From: Octopus bimaculoides
Taxonomy: Eukaryota
NCBI RefSeq assembly: GCF_001194135.2
Contig: NC_068984.1
Coordinates: 60,946,979 to 61,010,635 of the forward strand
Direction of reading: 5' to 3'
DNA: 63,657 nucleotides
Shown: in pieces, positions 27,945-40,570 of the stretch
Position numbering within the stretch: the stretch's first letter is position 1
Layout: every line of letters starts with the position of its first letter
Program-made: the position numbers and the translations under genes
The notes under the pieces: model-generated
What the model was told of the DNA's origin: nothing
Databases searched by the model: none
Seen by the model: only the letters and a program-made list of their open reading frames with translations

Positions 27945-28167
27945 CCCACCACCACCACTCACCTTTCCGATGATGCAAAGGCACACATACACACGCACAC
28001 ACACACACACACGACAGGCTTCTTTCAGTTTCCGTCAACCAAATCCACTTACAAGGCTTTGGCCAGCCCGATGCTATACTAGAAGACACTTGCCCAAGGT
28101 GCACGCAGCGGGACTGAACCTGGAACCACGTGGCTGGAAAGCAAACTTCTTACCACACAACCATGCC
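27945..28167 (-). mobile_element. tRNA-derived SINE, family B
   Basis: ttctttcagtttccgtcaaccaaatccacttacaaggctttgg...gacacttgcccaaggtgc...cttaccacacaacc. Confidence 0.88.
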
Positions 28168-28242
28168 TGATGTTTAAAATGTAGTGGGGTAACTCCCTAT
28201 ATAATCAGATAATTGAAATCCTTCGACAATATTCTTTCAATT

Positions 28243-28441
28243 ATAGGCACAAGGCCTGAAATTATGGTGAAGGGGCCTAGTAGATTTCATCGACCCCAGT
28301 TGAGTAATAGTTCTTATTTTATCGACGCCAAACGATGACCTTGTTTCCCTTGGTGGCATTTGAACTTGGAACGTAAAGACGGGTGAAATGCTGCAAAGAG
28401 TTTTGCCCTCCGTGCTAATGAATCTGTCAGCTTCCTCTCTT
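28243..28441 (-). mobile_element. tRNA-derived SINE, family A, decayed
   Basis: Reverse-complement similarity to family A. Confidence 0.7.
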
Positions 28442-30099
28442 AAATAAATAGTAGCAGTTATTGCTTTCAGCATTTAACCAGTTCTACCATCAACTGCTCT
28501 TGAATCCTTAGACAATGTCGACAATGCAGATTAGAGTGACTGAGTATAAGTATGTTTGGATAGCGACTATTAAGATTCTTAGGTGAAGGACAACTGTAGT
28601 GATATGGTTATTACAAAAGAACATCTCACGATGAGTAGTAAATGGTTGGGAGATGGTAACAGACAATTGAAGGCATGCAGATATCACGAAAATAACTTAG
28701 AATGAAATCAATGAATATTAGGTAATTAAGTCACATGTTACAATGCAAACTGGACATACAGAGAAATATTCTAACAGACTTTTATAGACTATGTCACCAC
28801 GAAAAACAAATATTAAGACAACGATTGTATATGTGAGTACTTCTGCGTATGTTAGAATAACACGCATACACACACAAACACACATACATACATAATACAC
28901 GCACACATATTCATAAGTTTGTGCATGCGTGCGTATTGTTATATATATATATATATATATNNNNNNNNNNNNNNNNNNNNNNNNNNNNNNNNNNNNNNNN
29001 NNNNNNNNNNNNNNNNNNNNNNNNNNNNNNNNNNNNNNNNNNNNNNNNNNNNNNNNNNNNNNNNNNNNNNNNNNNNNNNNNNNNNNNNNNNNNNNNNNNN
29101 NNNNNNNNNNNNNNNNNNNNNNNNNNNNNNNNNNNNNNNNNNNNNNNNNNNNNNNNNNNNNNNNNNNNNNNNNNNNNNNNNNNTATATATATATTGTATG
29201 TATGTATGCATACGAACACGCATGCATACACTAATATATATATATACCTGCCTATATATATATATAGACACATCCATAGATATATATGTACACATGCATA
29301 CACGCATACATATAGACATATACATACATTTATATTTATATTTATATACAGACAAACGCATATCATTTGAACTTATTCATATATTTCGCCTGAAAAGTAA
29401 TCTTTATGTCTTCCTTTGACAATATATCAAACAAGTTTGGCAAAGGAAAAAATAAATAAGAAGAAAAATTATTCGAGAAAATGTAATCTCGTACAAATCC
29501 CAAATGGTTGGAATTTGGCTACAGCTTCGCGATACTACAAATAAATCTTTGCTACCATTGATGGGGATAAGCAGAAAAATGATCGAATACCATTAGATAT
29601 TTTGTCTGAGTGTAGCATCTCGTCTTTCTCTACTCAAGTGCTTATGAATATTTATGGCAATCTTTTGCACTTTAAACCAATAAAGTTATGATTTTATTAA
29701 TAAGAATAATTTCCATGTCCAATATAAGTTCTGATTTTATACGAAAGTAATAGCGACTGAATGTTTTATCTAGCTACGTTATCAGAGGCATAATGACAAG
29801 AAGGCAGGATAATCCTATTACGTATAAACCATGGATAGTTAGAATGAATTGACTCAGTTTCAATAAACTTATCTTTCATTTAATTAAAAAGCTCAAGAAT
29901 TCAATATGGTTGCCGTTGTTATTTATTTATCTTAAGCGCGTCCGTAAATACTCGTCAAATCAAGATTGTTACTTGATTTGAATCCTTAATTCAAACAGCT
30001 TTCTTTACAATTCTAGCGTTGTCTTTCAAGAAAGATTGGTTGTTACCATTTCCTATTAAAGTTGTAGGATTCTTGTTCATTTAAGAAGTGAAATAAAGA

Positions 30100-30320
<221 letters not shown>

Positions 30321-31185
30321 GCAGAGTAACATTTCCGAACTATTAGAACCTGCCTCTTTTGTTGATTCGAAGTAATTTTTCTAAAACCTTAGTATGCCTC
30401 GATGCTTTTTACATTGTGCACCTGGCAAACACACTGGAATTGCTTTTAGAATTTACCAGAATAGCTACATGCAATGAAGACTTTAAGGCGACAAATTAAC
30501 TTAGGCTTTTGAGCATCGTTATTTGCTTCAGCTCCCTGCGCTTTGAGTTCAAATACCAACGTTTCTATTCATAAAATTCCAGTTCATGACGGTGGACTGG
30601 CGGAGATATCAGAGTGTATGAGATGTGCCTTGCAAAATTTTCTCCAGTTATTTTGTTTCTCTGAGTTCGAATGTTGGTCCTCAGTGGAATGGCATTAATA
30701 GCAAGGCTATTCCAAAGCACTGGCATTAAGCCCAATGTTACAAAAAATAAATAAAAATGAGTTTGCCTCTGTCTACAAGACGCCAGTGAACTTTCAAAAC
30801 TAATTTGACGTTATTTTATTGGACAATGCAGCAGGATTTTCTTTAAAAAAAAGTTAACTGTACATCTTATCATTAATGTAATAAAGCATACAACTGATAG
30901 AAAATTCGCGTTGTCAAGGTCAAAAAAAAGCATTCATTTTACAACCACTGTATTTTCACTTGTTTTATTGCCATTACCAGAGTTTATTGTTGTTGTTGTT
31001 GTTGTTGTTGTTGCTGTTGTTGTTGTTGTTGTTGTTGTTCTTCTTCTTCTTCTTCTTCTTCTTCTTCTTCTTCTTCTTCTTCTTTATCTTCTTCTTCTTC
31101 TTCTTCTCCTTCTCCTTCTTCTTCTTCTACTTCTTCAGGTCACTACCTTCAATCGGACTCCGAATCTTGGGGTTAGTAGCCCACG

Positions 31186-31266
31186 GGCATATGGTGTAGT
31201 GGTTAAGAGCGCGGGCTACTAACCACAAGATTCCGAGTTCGATTCCAGGCAGTGACCTGGATAATG

Positions 31267-31297
<31 letters not shown>

Positions 31298-31635
31298 TAA
31301 TAATAACATCGAAAAATACCTTAGGAATGAGAACCAAGGTTCGAAATTTCCCCAAGTCACCTGATGAAGGCTGGNNNNNNNNNNTTCGAAATTTCCCCAA
31401 GTCACCTGATGAAGGCTGGAGGGTATATCAGCCGAAATGTTGTGTTAACAACAAAGAAGATGAGGACAAATATCTGTCAAATGTAAATAACGGAAATAAT
31501 GTAAATAATGTACATAATTCTTCATCTCTTAAATATAGAACTATGGATGGATGTGTTATGCATGTTGATTTTGTTTGCATTTGGACCTATGGCAGAATTT
31601 AAAGGTGTGATAGAACCGATGACATATACAAAAAG
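31186..31635 (+). mobile_element. Family D element: tRNA-Arg-like head + (AAT)n + Penelope-type hammerhead tail
   Basis: The head has A-box tggtgtagtgg and aagattccgagttcgattccaggc, similar to the tRNA-Arg(ACG) 3' half. The tail has cacctgatga-a-ggctg..cagcc-gaaatgttgtgtt. Homologs lie at 38.1-38.8 kb and 40.4-40.85 kb. Confidence 0.8.
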
Positions 31636-31639
31636 CAAC

Positions 31640-33042
31640 AAGTCGGGTGAATTATGAAGCAGATAGAAGAGACGGGCTATAAATAAATACTTGGGGATTT
31701 TGGAAATGGATAAATTGATAGAGAAAGTAAAGACAAACAAATTTAAAGTTGAGTACTTGCGCAGACAGAGACTGATCCTTAAGTCGAAATTAAATGGAAG
31801 GAGTAAGATCGAAGCTATCAATACCTGGGCGGTTTCACTCCTTAGATATGGAGCAGGGGTAATCGCATGGACAGTAGACGAACTAAACAGCTTAGACAGA
31901 AAGACAAGGAAGTTGATGACTAGATATGGGTCACTCCACCCCAAAAGTGACACAGACAGACTGTATGTACTAAGAAAAAGAGGGGGAAGAGGACTTATTG
32001 GATGCGAACACAGCATTAGAGCAGAAGAAAACAACATAGCATGGTATGTAAAAAATTCCACAGAACCGCTGTTATTAGAAGTAGAAAGGTCAGGCTTGTG
32101 TAGGATGAAAGATTGCAAAGATAAGGCACTATACAAGAAATTGAAAACGAATGAAACTGAAAATAGGTGGGTAAAGAAAAGAATGCATGGTCAATTTCAT
32201 AGATATGTTGAAGATAAGACAGACAGAGAAAAAAGATGACTGTGGATGACTAAAAGTGATTTAAAACCGGAAACGAAGGCTCTAGTCTGTGCTGCCCAAG
32301 AGCAAACACTAAGAACAACCTACATGAAATACAGAGTAGAAAACACAGCAGAAAGTGCTGAATCTGTAGACAAAATAGTGAAACCGTATGGCATATTACC
32401 AGCCAATGTACGCCACTAGCCCAGAAGGAATATAAGAGACACCACGACAATATAGTCAGGCTTGTCCATTGGACACTTTGCAGCAAGTATGGAATTGGCA
32501 GAGCACAAAATTGGTACGACCACAAACCTGAAGGCATCGTCGAAAATAGAAATGCAAAGATCCTATGTGATTTTATGATTCAGTGCGAGCATGAGATAGA
32601 GAATAGGAAGCCAGACATAGTCTTAATTGAGAAAGAAAACAAACTATGCTGGATCATAGTTATAGCATGCCCCGCTAACATCAAGTTATGCGATAAGGAA
32701 TAAAGAGAAGTTGAGATATATGACAGGTTAGCTTGGGAAGTTAAGCAGTTGTAGTCGATGAAAAAGGTAGCAGTAGTACCAATAATTGTCGGAGCCCTGG
32801 GAACAATTAGCAAAAAAAAAGTATGCGGAACAAATAGAGGCTGCAATAAGAGTGGAGAACTTGCAGAAAACAGAACTGTTTGGAACCGCTCGAATACTCC
32901 GGAAGGTGCTTGAAAAATTAGAGGTGTTACCTTAGTTTACTGGTAGTGAACAGCTGACACTGTAGTACATCTCAAGCTTTAGAAGCTGTGCAAAGACAAC
33001 AACAACAACAACAACAACAATAATAATAATAATAATAATAAT
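31640..33042 (+). mobile_element. R4/Dong-clade LINE 3' half (RT thumb, zinc knuckle, RLE), decayed, (CAA)n(TAA)n tail
   Basis: ORF 31691-32239 has (KY)LGILE, KLNGRSKIEAINTWAV, LHPKSDTDRLYVLRKRGGRGL and MHGQF. Downstream are KRHHDNIV, NRKPDIVLIEK, VVPIIVGALG and GTARILRKVL, with stops and frameshifts. Confidence 0.93.
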
Positions 33043-33054
33043 CCTTACTACTGG

Positions 33055-33254
33055 AAGCACAAGGCCTCAGATTTGAGAGAGAGAACTAGTCAATCACATC
33101 GACCCCAGTACTCCACTGGTACTTAAATTATCGACGCCGAAAGAATGAAAGGCTAAGTCAACCAAAGTGGAATTTGACACAGAACGTTGCGGCAGACGAA
33201 ATACCGCTAAGCATTTCGTCCGGTATACTAACGATTCTGTCAGCTCGCCGCCTT
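33055..33254 (-). mobile_element. tRNA-derived SINE, family A
   Basis: Reverse complement of the family A consensus, followed by a compound (AAT)n(AAG)n(AAC)n array at 33255-33402. Confidence 0.85.
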
Positions 33255-33282
33255 AATAATAATAATAATAATAATAATAATG

Positions 33283-33316
<34 letters not shown>

Positions 33317-33808
33317 TAATAATAATAATAATAATAATAATAAGAAGAAGAAGAAGAAGAAGAAGAAGAACAAGAACAAGAACAACAACAGCAGCAACAA
33401 CTTATAATAGTATAAAAACGAAAATAATTATGCATGTAATTTCAAATTATGTTTGAAGTAATTATATTGACAAAGTAGCTAGCTTTTATCGTTGAAAAGT
33501 GACCGTTAACATTGAAAGAGATAACGATAGAAAAGAGGGAAACGAGGGGAAAAAGATAATTTAAAGATACCAATTACGAAATATGTTGTTCCCTCTTAAC
33601 TTTATTTTGGTTTCTTTTCCTTTTGAGTTTTCGCTCTTTTTTGCCAATTTAAAAAAAAATTCCTTACTTTGCCTACCAGCGTGCTATTTTTTCCTTCCAC
33701 TTTTCGTTAATTTTGTCTTTTATTGAATGTATTGAACGATATTTTTCCTGTCAGGTTTTTTTCCAGTTTCTCTTTCATATCAATATCTATCCATCAGTCT
33801 GTATATCC

Positions 33809-33850
<42 letters not shown>

Positions 33851-34677
33851 TTATCTATCTATCTCTTTTATTTCTTTCGTTCTCTAATATATTATTGTAG
33901 TTTAATATTGCTTGTGAGTTGATTTGTCATAGTCAAACGACAGTATCGTCTACTGAAGCCACTCAACTGACTTTCAAGGTAGCCTCCACCCACAGTTATA
34001 TAAGTATAAGTGCTTGCATGCGTATAGGAGATTTGTAAATGTCAGTATTAATTATCACATTTTTAATTCATAATTGATAATAGTAATATATCCACGGGTT
34101 TGAACATTGGGAAATAGCAGCAATTTTTAATAAAATGCTCCACTCAAAGCCTTAGTAGACTGACTCATACATAAATATATTTCTAGTTAAAAATTTGATG
34201 TTGTGAAGTAAACATTAATCTTGTTTGAATAAATGAGCCATCAACAGTTTTCCTACCTGTTTTCAAGTATATATACGTGTGTTTGTGTGTGTGTGCATGT
34301 GTGTGTGGGCGTATATATATATATATATATATATATNNNNNNNNNNNNNNNNNNNNNNNNNNNNNNNNNNNNNNNNNNNNNNNNNNNNNNNNNNNNNNNN
34401 NNNNNNNNNNNNNNNNNNNNNNNNNNNNNNNNNNNNNNNNNNNNNNNNNNNNNNNNNNNNNNNNNNNNNNNNNNNNNNNNNNNNNNNNNNNNNNNNNNNN
34501 NNNNNNNNNNNNNNNNNNNNNNNNNNNNNNNNNNNNNNNNNNNNNNNNNNNNNNNNNNNNNNNNNNNNNNNNNNNNNNNNNNNNNNNNNNNNNNNNNNNN
34601 NNNNNNNNNNNNNNNNNNNTATTAATATATAGAAAAGTCTCCTCGTAGGTGTAAATATGTAATTTTTGCTTTCAAAT

Positions 34678-34877
34678 TTTGGTACAGGACCAGTTATTTC
34701 AGGGGAGGAGGTCCCGATTACATCAACTCCGGTGTTCAACTGGTACTTATTTTATCGACCCCGAAAAGATGAAATTGAAATTGACGTCGGCAGGATTTGA
34801 AATCGGAAGGTAACATGGACAAAATGTTGCTAAGCATATTTCCCAGGGTGCTTACGATTTTGCCAGCTCGCCACCTT
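34678..34877 (-). mobile_element. tRNA-derived SINE, family A
   Basis: tggtacttattttatcgaccccgaaaagatgaaa...gccagctcgccacc. Confidence 0.85.
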
Positions 34878-35933
34878 GTTTACACTTGTAATTTTTAATT
34901 CGGACACCAGCGCCCCCTTGCAAATGTTGTGAGCTCACAAACCGGCGGCAAATGTCCAGAGAGTGTTATCGGTGGTGAATCTTTACTGTAATCGTAGCTT
35001 TTCTCAGAAATAAAAATATTATAACAACTAGAGTACTTATACTTCCAAAATATATATGAAAGTCCTCGTTGAGTTATCAGTGAGTTTGTTATCACGAATT
35101 TCGATGTTGCATCAAGGTCCGATATATTTTCGGTCTATGAGTCTTTGCTTTCTTTAATGATTTTCACCAAAACTTAACGCTGGAGAGGAACATAGTGGAA
35201 GCGATACTATAAGCAAATATAAATAATAAACTCCCCCACAAAATTATCTTATGCTTGATTAAAATAACGGTTTCATTTTGGAAAACAAGAAGAACGGTCT
35301 TTTATAAAATGTTGTTCTCTAGAAAGCTGTACAGAGCTACAATAGGTTGAAGATCATTACTTTAGATGGAGTTTAAAATCCTAGCTTGTTTCTAGATTTA
35401 AATTACATAAGCATTACTATTTGAATAAGAATAAATAATTTAACAACGAATTAATTTAGCTCTTAAGAAACGTTAGCAAAGAAATGTTAATTTAGTCTCA
35501 AAATGAAAATAAGTTATAACTAATTAGCTACTGTACATTTTAACCCGTGATATATTAACAATTTAAACCTGTACAAGAATTTTACTTTGGTAAAGAATCC
35601 TGTAAATAATGACAACCCTTTTGGTAAGTATGAAAAGAGTTCTATAAGCTTTTGACATATCAGGGCACAACTTGAGCGCCTCGTCTATCTAAATCATCTT
35701 AACATGTCGGAGCATATTACACTTCAAGCGTAATCCAGCAGAGGAACTTTAATTTCGTTAACTCAAGCCACGGGAACATCATAAATACTGCAGCTGTTTG
35801 CAATATTGCAAGCTAGCAAAGACAGGATAGTCAAGTAGTTCATATATCCGAATTTTCTTACCATAAGCGTTGTGTTTAAATTAAATGCAGGATTTTGGTT
35901 GCCTTATTGTATGTCTTTCTTTAGTTCACTTAC

Positions 35934-36142
35934 TTGTTGGCTGTTGGTAAAAGACCGAATGAGAGAAATTGTATGTGGTAGTATGGCTTGCTAAAATAGC
36001 TATTAAATCTCCCTGAATTAACACTCTGTTGTGAAATAAAGGAATGACGCGCCAGATAACATAGATGTGAATATTATTAACCAAACGAGTCATCACTGAT
36101 ATATCTTTAATAAACAATGTGCTCGTTGACGGTTGATCAGGG
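35934..36142 (-). CDS. Candidate internal coding exon, weakly fibronectin type III-like
   Basis: Acceptor gctttttttattctttAG and donor caa|GTAAGT bound a 209-nt open frame, xPDQPSTSTLFIKDIS...IWRVIPLFHNRVLIQGDLIAI...QQPT. The 127-aa ORF terminates inside the donor. No partner exons were confirmed. Confidence 0.3.
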
Positions 36143-37003
36143 CTAAAGAATAAAAAAAGCGTACCAAATGAAGGAAATCTTACTTGCAATACTATACCAG
36201 CCCTTATATTTCCCATGCATAAAAGACATACCTTTTCCAGAGCGTTTTGGGTGAAGTCACCAAAGCTTAGGAGGCTTGATATTTTTGTCGGATATGAACC
36301 CTGCATCATTCGATCAATGATTATGTATTTGATTAGTTATGAATTCACACACACACACGCATAGGCGTAAACAATACACGCATGCATACTCGCTCGAACA
36401 CACACATGTACATAAGCGTTTTGTTACGTTTTTCTATTTAAAAAAAATTCCTATTAACACATCTTTTTCCTTTTTCAGTCTCTGTGTCTATCTTTATAAA
36501 TATTCAGACATTTATACATGCATAGCTTCATAATACCATTTTAAAAAGATCTTCGGTGAGAATACGTAAACGTGCTCAATTGAAACATATGTATTACCAA
36601 TGTGTAATGACTTTTATAACGATATTTGGGTAAATAGTATGACTTCCTCATACTTAAAGCTTGACAACTGCATTCAACTATAAGTCTAAAACGATAAAAT
36701 GTTCCCCAGAAAGTCGATTGCACAAAATGCTTTTTGAACGAGAAAATAACCATGTTTTCCAAGCTTGCTTTCTACGTACGTACATACATACATACATACA
36801 TACATACATACGCACATATATACATACATACGTACATACATACATGCACGCATGAGCAAACACATGTTCATGCATATACGAATGCATGCATATACCGCAC
36901 GAACGGGTATAACTATATCTACATACGTACGCATATATCCGTGTGCACACGAGATAATATAGCGCATGCTATACACAATCACAAATATCGGCATATCTAT
37001 ATA

Positions 37004-37054
<51 letters not shown>

Positions 37055-37127
37055 TAATTCATAAATACATAAACATCATTATATATATATCAACCGTAAA
37101 CATTTCTCTCTCACACACACTCACACA

Positions 37128-37222
<95 letters not shown>

Positions 37223-38094
37223 CGCTATACACGCACACACATGTGTGTGTATGTGTGTGTGTTTGTGTTTATGCAGGCTGAGAAAAACAAATACATACTT
37301 AAAGGATACTTTGTGTTTATTATGATTTTTCTTTAATTACATTTGCTTAAAAAGCAATAAACACTATAAAAATGTACAATATTTAGAAAAATTCTGTTTT
37401 TTATTCATTGATTTTAATGACATAAACATGCATTTTATGTAAGAAATCATAGAAATGCATTATATTTGTGTAAGTGCACTACTTTTTAAATGTAGTCTTG
37501 ACGTTACTGCTACGGCATGCAACATTTCCTTTGAAAGGGAGAAAACATTTGTTATTACATTGAGATGGAAATTTGTCCGTTTTATTAAATTATACTCGTC
37601 TCTCGTTCTCTTCTCTCTTTGTCTAAGCAATAATCCCATCAGTTCTGCCTCTGAAGCTGCTATGTTTGCTAAAGTGGTTGTGACAGTTTGTTTGGGATGT
37701 AATTAGACTTGCGATCTTTAAGACAATACACTCAGACTCATTCACATAAAAACATCACACGTTCAAGCCAAAGCTATTTCCCCTTACTCATCAGGCTGTC
37801 AAAATCTAACACTTAAAGTGCGATCAACGCTAAAACTACTTTCGCCATCGTCACTGCTACCACCACGACCACCACCACCATTATTTACAAAAAGTCCCCA
37901 TCAATGACAAACCTATTGTTAATAGGATGAATAACTAACTGCTGACCTTCAGCATAACTAGCAAGCATGGTCATCACCACAACTGCTAATATTTCAACAT
38001 TTTAATTCATACATATACATACATACACACTCACACACATGTATACATACAAATACACATATATACTTACAAATACATATCTACATTATTTACA

Positions 38095-38196
38095 ATTGAC
38101 GGATATTTCGCCAAGCACCTGATGAAGGTGTCTTGGGTAAATTTCGAACATGGGTTCTCATTCCTAAAGGTTCTCATTCCGATGTTGTTGTTGTTG

Positions 38197-38230
<34 letters not shown>

Positions 38231-38490
38231 TCAGGTCACTGCCTGGAATCGAATTCTGAATCTTGGGTTTAGTAGCCCGTGCTATTAACCACTACGCTAT
38301 ATGCCCGTGGGCAATTATAGATTGAATTTTAGGGCTTATAAATCTAATATTCTCCTATCCGTCCTTAATACCGGTTCCCATATGCTGTTCATATCTGCAC
38401 TCGGTCTGCTTAGGAGATTGTTGTGTCCTAGCATATGTGCTGCTTCTTTTAGTTTTCGTATTTTCCAGTGGTCTTCTCTGTCTATTGTAA
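38095..38490 (-). mobile_element. Penelope-like element 3' end: GIY-YIG C-terminus followed by family D unit
   Basis: The minus strand reads TIDREDHWKIRKLKEAAHMLGHNNLLSRPSADMNSIWEPVLRTDRRILDL*, resembling the PLE endonuclease end. About 30 nt later comes the tRNA-like head, then (AAT)n and a rearranged tail. Confidence 0.72.
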
Positions 38491-38496
38491 ATAATA

Positions 38497-38511
38497 ATGA
38501 TAGTAGTAGTA

Positions 38512-38580
<69 letters not shown>

Positions 38581-38760
38581 CCGAAAAATACCTTAGGAAT
38601 GAGAACTCAGGTTCGAACTTTCCCCAAGCCACCTGATGAAGTCTGGAGGGTATATCAGCCTAAACGTGTTAACAAGAAAGAAGATGAGGACAAATATCAG
38701 TCAATTGTAAATAATGTAAATAATGTACATAATTCCTCATCTCTTAAATATAGAACTGTA
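38497..38760 (+). mobile_element. Headless family D unit ((AAT)n + hammerhead tail), inverted relative to the adjacent PLE fragment
   Basis: gaaaaataccttaggaatgagaac...gccacctgatgaagtctggagggtatatcagcctaaacgtgtt...cttaaatatagaact. Confidence 0.8.
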
Positions 38761-39394
38761 AATACATATCTATAGATATATGTATTTGAGAGTTCATAAA
38801 GCTGAGCACATTCACGCACACCAATACGAAAATTTTCATTTATTTCTAGGGTTGTGTGTGATTCTATTTGAAATCTCTTACTATGCTCATGTTATAGTGG
38901 CCATTGTTCTTTTCCTTTTACTGTTCTGATTAAGCACACCTTAGATAAAAGGCAGCCCATCTGTGATCAGTTTGTCTTAATCTGAGATCTCATATTTAGA
39001 ACTGCATTATACAATGATCTTTTTACCGTTTAAGATGCAAGAGTTGGCTAATATTTCTAGCAAGATGGACTGAGGCTCTTCATTGCTTATCTCAGCTAAT
39101 AGAGTATGATACTCCATTTTTGTTATCTTCCCACCCACGAAAATAGGATCAAAATTTCTTCCCGAGCTTTAAGCACTTAAGGCTAGTTTCCCGGATTCTG
39201 TGGTGCATATAGAAACCAGAATCTTATTATCATGCGTTCAACACCCTAACCATTACGCAATTCACCTGGAGGTGAATAATTGTACTCTAGTTTTTATCGT
39301 ACTATAGTGGAATTGATTTTTATATCTCTGGTTTTCATTCTATACAAGGACTCCTTTGTGACCTTGGAGATTATGGGTTTGTCAATTCTAGCAA

Positions 39395-39570
39395 AATACT
39401 GTGGCATTATCGGGATTGTATGGTTGAAAAGCTATCTTCTTAACCATGTGGTCTTGGGTTCAGTCCCACTGAGCGGTCCCTTGAGCAAGTGTCTTTTACT
39501 ATAGCTCTGGGCAACAAAACATTTTGAGTGAATTTGGTACACGGAAATTTAAAGAAGCCAGTCATATATA
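39395..39570 (+). mobile_element. tRNA-derived SINE, family B
   Basis: aaccatgtggtcttgggttcagtcccactgagcggtcccttgagcaagtgtcttttactatagc. Confidence 0.8.
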
Positions 39571-39599
39571 TATATATATATATATATAAACTTACTTGG

Positions 39600-39636
<37 letters not shown>

Positions 39637-40151
39637 GAAAAAATCAAACCAAGGCAGAACGAGTGTCTCAATTAGTTTAGAATTATTTAATTAGGGTAAG
39701 CTGAATATTCCAGAAACGGCTGTGAGACTTCAAGTAAACGCAATGAAAGAGATATCATAAACGGGTTTGTGACTGAGAGGAGAAAGAGAACGGAGAAAGG
39801 AGTAGAAATAAAAATCATATAGGGTAAAAGGGTAAAATAACAATAAAAATGAAATGAAATTAGATTAAAGGTAATGATAGAGATATGTGAATATTGCATC
39901 GGGGTGAGAGGTCAAACGTTAAAGTTTCAGTAAAGTTGGGTTGGAAGGCCAATCTAGGTAAGGCTGCAAAAGACAATAGTATAGTGGTTAGTACGGTTAT
40001 TTAAAATTATATTTCAAGCTTAATAGCAATTAAATTATACGGGGAAAATGATTAAGAACTAAAATTAAAATTTTAAATTAAAAAATAAAACTTAAAACGT
40101 AGAATCAAAAACTAAGAAAGAGTAGAACTAGAAATAAAAAAGTTAATTATT

Positions 40152-40365
40152 CTGGCAGAAACGTCAGCACGCCGGGCGAAATGCTTAGTGGTATTTCGTC
40201 TGTCTCTAGGTTCTGAGTTGAAATTCCGCCGAGGTCGACTTCGCCTTTCATCCTTTCGGGGTCGATAAATTAAGTACTAGCTGCCTACTGGGGTAGATCT
40301 AATCGACTGGTCCCCTAATGGCGATGCTCCAGCATGGCCGCAGTCAAACGACTGAAACAAATAAA
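40152..40365 (+). mobile_element. tRNA-derived SINE, family A
   Basis: tggcagaaacgtcagcacgccgggcgaaatgc...ccgccgaggtcgacttcgcctttcatcctttcggggtcgataaa...cagtcaaacgactgaaac. Confidence 0.9.
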
Positions 40366-40434
40366 TAATAGAGTAGAAGAAAAGGAAATCTAGCTAGCTT
40401 CCAAGATACTTATGTTGATAGAGAAGTAGAGAAG

Positions 40435-40502
40435 CATATGGCGTAGTGGCTAAGAGCGCGGGCTACTAACCCCAAGATTCCGATTTCGATTCCAGGCAGT
40501 GA

Positions 40503-40570
<68 letters not shown>

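Noticed and set aside
31186-31260. tRNA gene (Ser/Arg-like); similarly 27820-27895 and 40435-40505
   Set aside because: The acceptor stem does not close and each runs into a repeat body. These are SINE-type heads.
31691-32239. 182-aa ORF as a host gene or active reverse transcriptase
   Set aside because: It is a LINE thumb fragment lacking the catalytic RT core, with stops and frameshifts downstream.
37455-37706. 83-aa ORF with FN3-like words, overlapped by an ~80-codon open antisense frame
   Set aside because: No convincing splice sites and no conserved motif set on either strand.
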